This document shows, piece by piece, positions 62,397 through 64,000 of a DNA stretch of 64,000 nt. Every line of letters begins with the position of its first letter. Within the stretch, counting starts at the first letter, position 1. Source of the stretch: Candidatus Bathyarchaeota archaeon (lineage in GTDB: Archaea > Thermoproteota > Bathyarchaeia > Bathyarchaeales > Bathycorpusculaceae). Location of the stretch: positions 768,001 through 832,000 of the forward strand of contig CAWFFH010000003.1 of assembly GCA_963815095.1 (NCBI GenBank), in the 5' to 3' direction. The translations under genes and the position numbers were made by a program. Under the pieces are notes generated by a model. That model was not told where the DNA came from and did not search any database. It saw nothing but the letters and a program-made list of their open reading frames with translations.

Positions 62397-62585
62397 TTAC
62401 TTTTCTTTCTTTTCTTCTTTCTCTTTAGGCTTAGAACCGATTTCGACAACTTGAATGCCGATTTGGTATCTTTTTCCGCCTGCGACCATCTTGCCTGTTC
62501 CATAATAGCCTTTGCTGCCTGTTTTGAAATCTTTCTTGTCAAGGATGAAGTTTTGTTTATCGCTACATAACTGTATGGTTGCCAT
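62397..62585 (-). CDS. Small basic beta-rich hypothetical protein
   Basis: MATIQL...KDFKTGSKGYYGTGK...RYQIGIQVVEIGSK. Confidence 0.6.
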   Translation of the reverse strand: MATIQLCSDKQNFILDKKDFKTGSKGYYGTGKMVAGGKRYQIGIQVVEIGSKPKEKEEKKEK

Positions 62586-62689
62586 ATTTACATCGCTCAT
62601 TTCAAAGTTCACCTAACATTCATCTAATCAATGCGCTGTTGCTTTTCACCTTTTCGCTCTCCAAACAAAGGTCGTTTCTGATTTTCAGA

Positions 62690-63151
62690 TTATTTTCTTA
62701 TTTTCATTATGCCCAAATCTACCGCCAGCATGAAAATGAAAGGTAATGCAAGGTAGAAAAACGCAAAAAACACATTGCCAAACAACAAAGTGAAGGGCTG
62801 AGAAAGAACATTTGGATTGGAAAAGTCAAGTCCAACTACATCAAGCACCCCCAACAAAGCCGAACCAGCCACCGTTAACCCTAAACTTACCATAAACTGC
62901 ATTGTGAGTTTTCTTTCCTTTCCAAACATGACAATTGAAATAATCGCTGACAAAACAAACATCCATGCAAAAGAACAAACAAAAATGGCAGCGCCCGTGT
63001 TTGAATTAATCCAGAAGGCCAATGGTGGAGCAGAAACTGCAAAAGAAGTTGCAACTGTAGTTAAGGCTGATTGAGTAAAAATTTGGTAGCTTACCATTAA
63101 AACCCAAGCTACAACCAAATAAGCAACCTTTTTCGGGATTGACCTAACCAC
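62690..63151 (-). CDS. Hypothetical 4-TM membrane protein
   Basis: Four hydrophobic segments; GTG start after GGTG. Confidence 0.65.
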   Translation of the reverse strand: MVRSIPKKVAYLVVAWVLMVSYQIFTQSALTTVATSFAVSAPPLAFWINSNTGAAIFVCSFAWMFVLSAIISIVMFGKERKLTMQFMVSLGLTVAGSALLGVLDVVGLDFSNPNVLSQPFTLLFGNVFFAFFYLALPFIFMLAVDLGIMKIRK

Positions 63152-63288
63152 TCAAGCACCAATGACAATAGCGCAAGGATGGTTTTATAACATTTCCCAT
63201 TACAGATGACTATTCTGCCAAAACCATTTCTGGTTAAAAAACTCCCCTACAATTGCTATATGAACGGGATTAAAAGTTGGTGTGGAAT

Positions 63289-63367
63289 TGGTGCGGTCGC
63301 CGGGATTTGAACCCGGGATCATTAGCTTGGAAGGCTAAAGTCCTAAACCAGACTAGACGACGGCCGC
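63289..63367 (-). tRNA. tRNA-Gly(TCC) with encoded CCA
   Basis: Reverse complement GCGGCCG...TTAGC-CT-TCC-AA-GCTAA...GGGTTCAAATCCC...CGACCGC-A-CCA. Confidence 0.95.
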
Positions 63368-63535
63368 GCATCCTAAGTCCATATTCTCAGGCGTAATTTA
63401 AGTTTATCTGGACTTGAAGATGTTCAAGGGAGAAATGTTCTTTGGTTTTTGTAAAATTTTGAATTTTACAATGGGAAATATGTTTTTGTAGGGAAGCCTA
63501 TATCTTAGTCACGACTATGAATATGGTAGTTTAGG

Positions 63536-63826
63536 TTGGACAAAATGAGTTCAGGAAAGGATAGGCATAAAATTCCCGGCAGCCGAATGAAAATCCTAAC
63601 TAAAGATGCCAAACAAATGGTGAATGGACCTTACTACTGCCCAAAATGCCGAAAAGAACTTTTACAGATATGTGCGAACGTTACAAAGAAGGAAGTGTAC
63701 GCAGTCTGTAAATGCGGGCTTGAGTGGCCATTAACTTACGCGCCTGTTTTTCAACCTGTCGATTACTATAACAAGTTCAGGGATGCCTGGAAAAAACAGA
63801 GCTACGGCATAATTAAACAAAAATAA
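63536..63826 (+). CDS. Elf1-like zinc-ribbon protein
   Basis: Basic N-terminus, YYCPKC...CKCGL...QPVDYYNKFRD resembles the Elf1 C-terminal PVD.Y..F.D helix. Confidence 0.6.
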   Translation: MDKMSSGKDRHKIPGSRMKILTKDAKQMVNGPYYCPKCRKELLQICANVTKKEVYAVCKCGLEWPLTYAPVFQPVDYYNKFRDAWKKQSYGIIKQK

Positions 63827-63926
63827 CCCCTTATTCTCGCACCACATTTTTCGAGATTTTGGATAGCTTTCAAAACAAATTATCTATAAGCAGGAAACCC
63901 TCCGTACTATAAATGGAGCAAACGCT

Positions 63927-64000
63927 TTGACTGAAGAAAAACTTGACTTCACTCGCAAATTACTTGTCTTGGGAAACCTTGGGCTTCTCGGATGGGTTTT
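63927..64000 (+). CDS. 5' fragment of a membrane protein running off the window
   Basis: GGAG SD, then TTG ACT GAA...: MTEEKLDFTRKLLVLGNLGLLGWV. Confidence 0.5.
   Translation, partial: MTEEKLDFTRKLLVLGNLGLLGWV

Noticed and set aside
978-63074. Numerous 60-185 aa ORFs antisense to or overlapping the identified genes
   Set aside because: Shadow frames of well-supported CDSs, with no motifs or initiation signals.
28559-63367. Integrated element bounded by the two tRNA-Gly genes
   Set aside because: The shared GGGTTCAAATCCCGGC is ordinary T-arm conservation between two complete, oppositely oriented tRNAs; no integrase or direct att repeat was seen, and the interval holds housekeeping genes.
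1-64000. Genome-wide TAG reassignment (pyrrolysine code)
   Set aside because: TAG ends several genes at their expected C-termini (stops at 105, 9366, 41465, 43488, 53012, 53026, 54861, 62366); only one internal TAG was seen and no pyl genes are present.
1-64000. CRISPR array, rRNA, IS or transposase
   Set aside because: No regularly spaced direct repeats, rRNA-like segments, terminal inverted repeats or transposase motifs were seen by eye.

Overview
Archaeal chromosomal segment, most consistent with Bathyarchaeia (TACK). The assignment is inferred from gene content: archaeal CODH/ACS, H4MPT-type C1 enzymes without mcr, an Elf1-like protein, a membrane-anchored ArsR regulator and a PQQ-repeat surface protein. 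Contents from left to right: an Orange-protein-like Fe-S/metal cluster (NifB/NifX proteins, two ferredoxin-MinD ATPases, Mrp, NifU-like, CDF) with a Cys-tailed Lrp regulator and three matching operator/promoter modules; cooC-cooC-cdhABCDE; two convergent purine operons; a TIR-like gene and tRNA-Gly; two B12-radical SAM paralogs beside an MtrH-like/corrinoid pair and two GT-C-like membrane proteins; a cbiZ-centred cluster; htpX, EndoQ and tldD/pmbA; alpha-glucan genes; surface and PPIase genes; a second tRNA-Gly. Top finding: the purine locus encodes steps 1, 2, 4 and 5 (purF, purD, purSLQ, purM) but no PurN/PurT. Translationally coupled behind purD is a HAD phosphatase + divergent Ftr formyltransferase + PfkB kinase trio (EhaR/S/T-like), a candidate undescribed H4MPT/methanofuran-dependent GAR formylation route. 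Also noted: non-canonical starts (ATA, CTG, ATT), two unannotated small proteins, one in-frame TAG, and three +1 frameshifts that look like consensus artefacts. All family assignments come from motif recognition only; no database searches were run.
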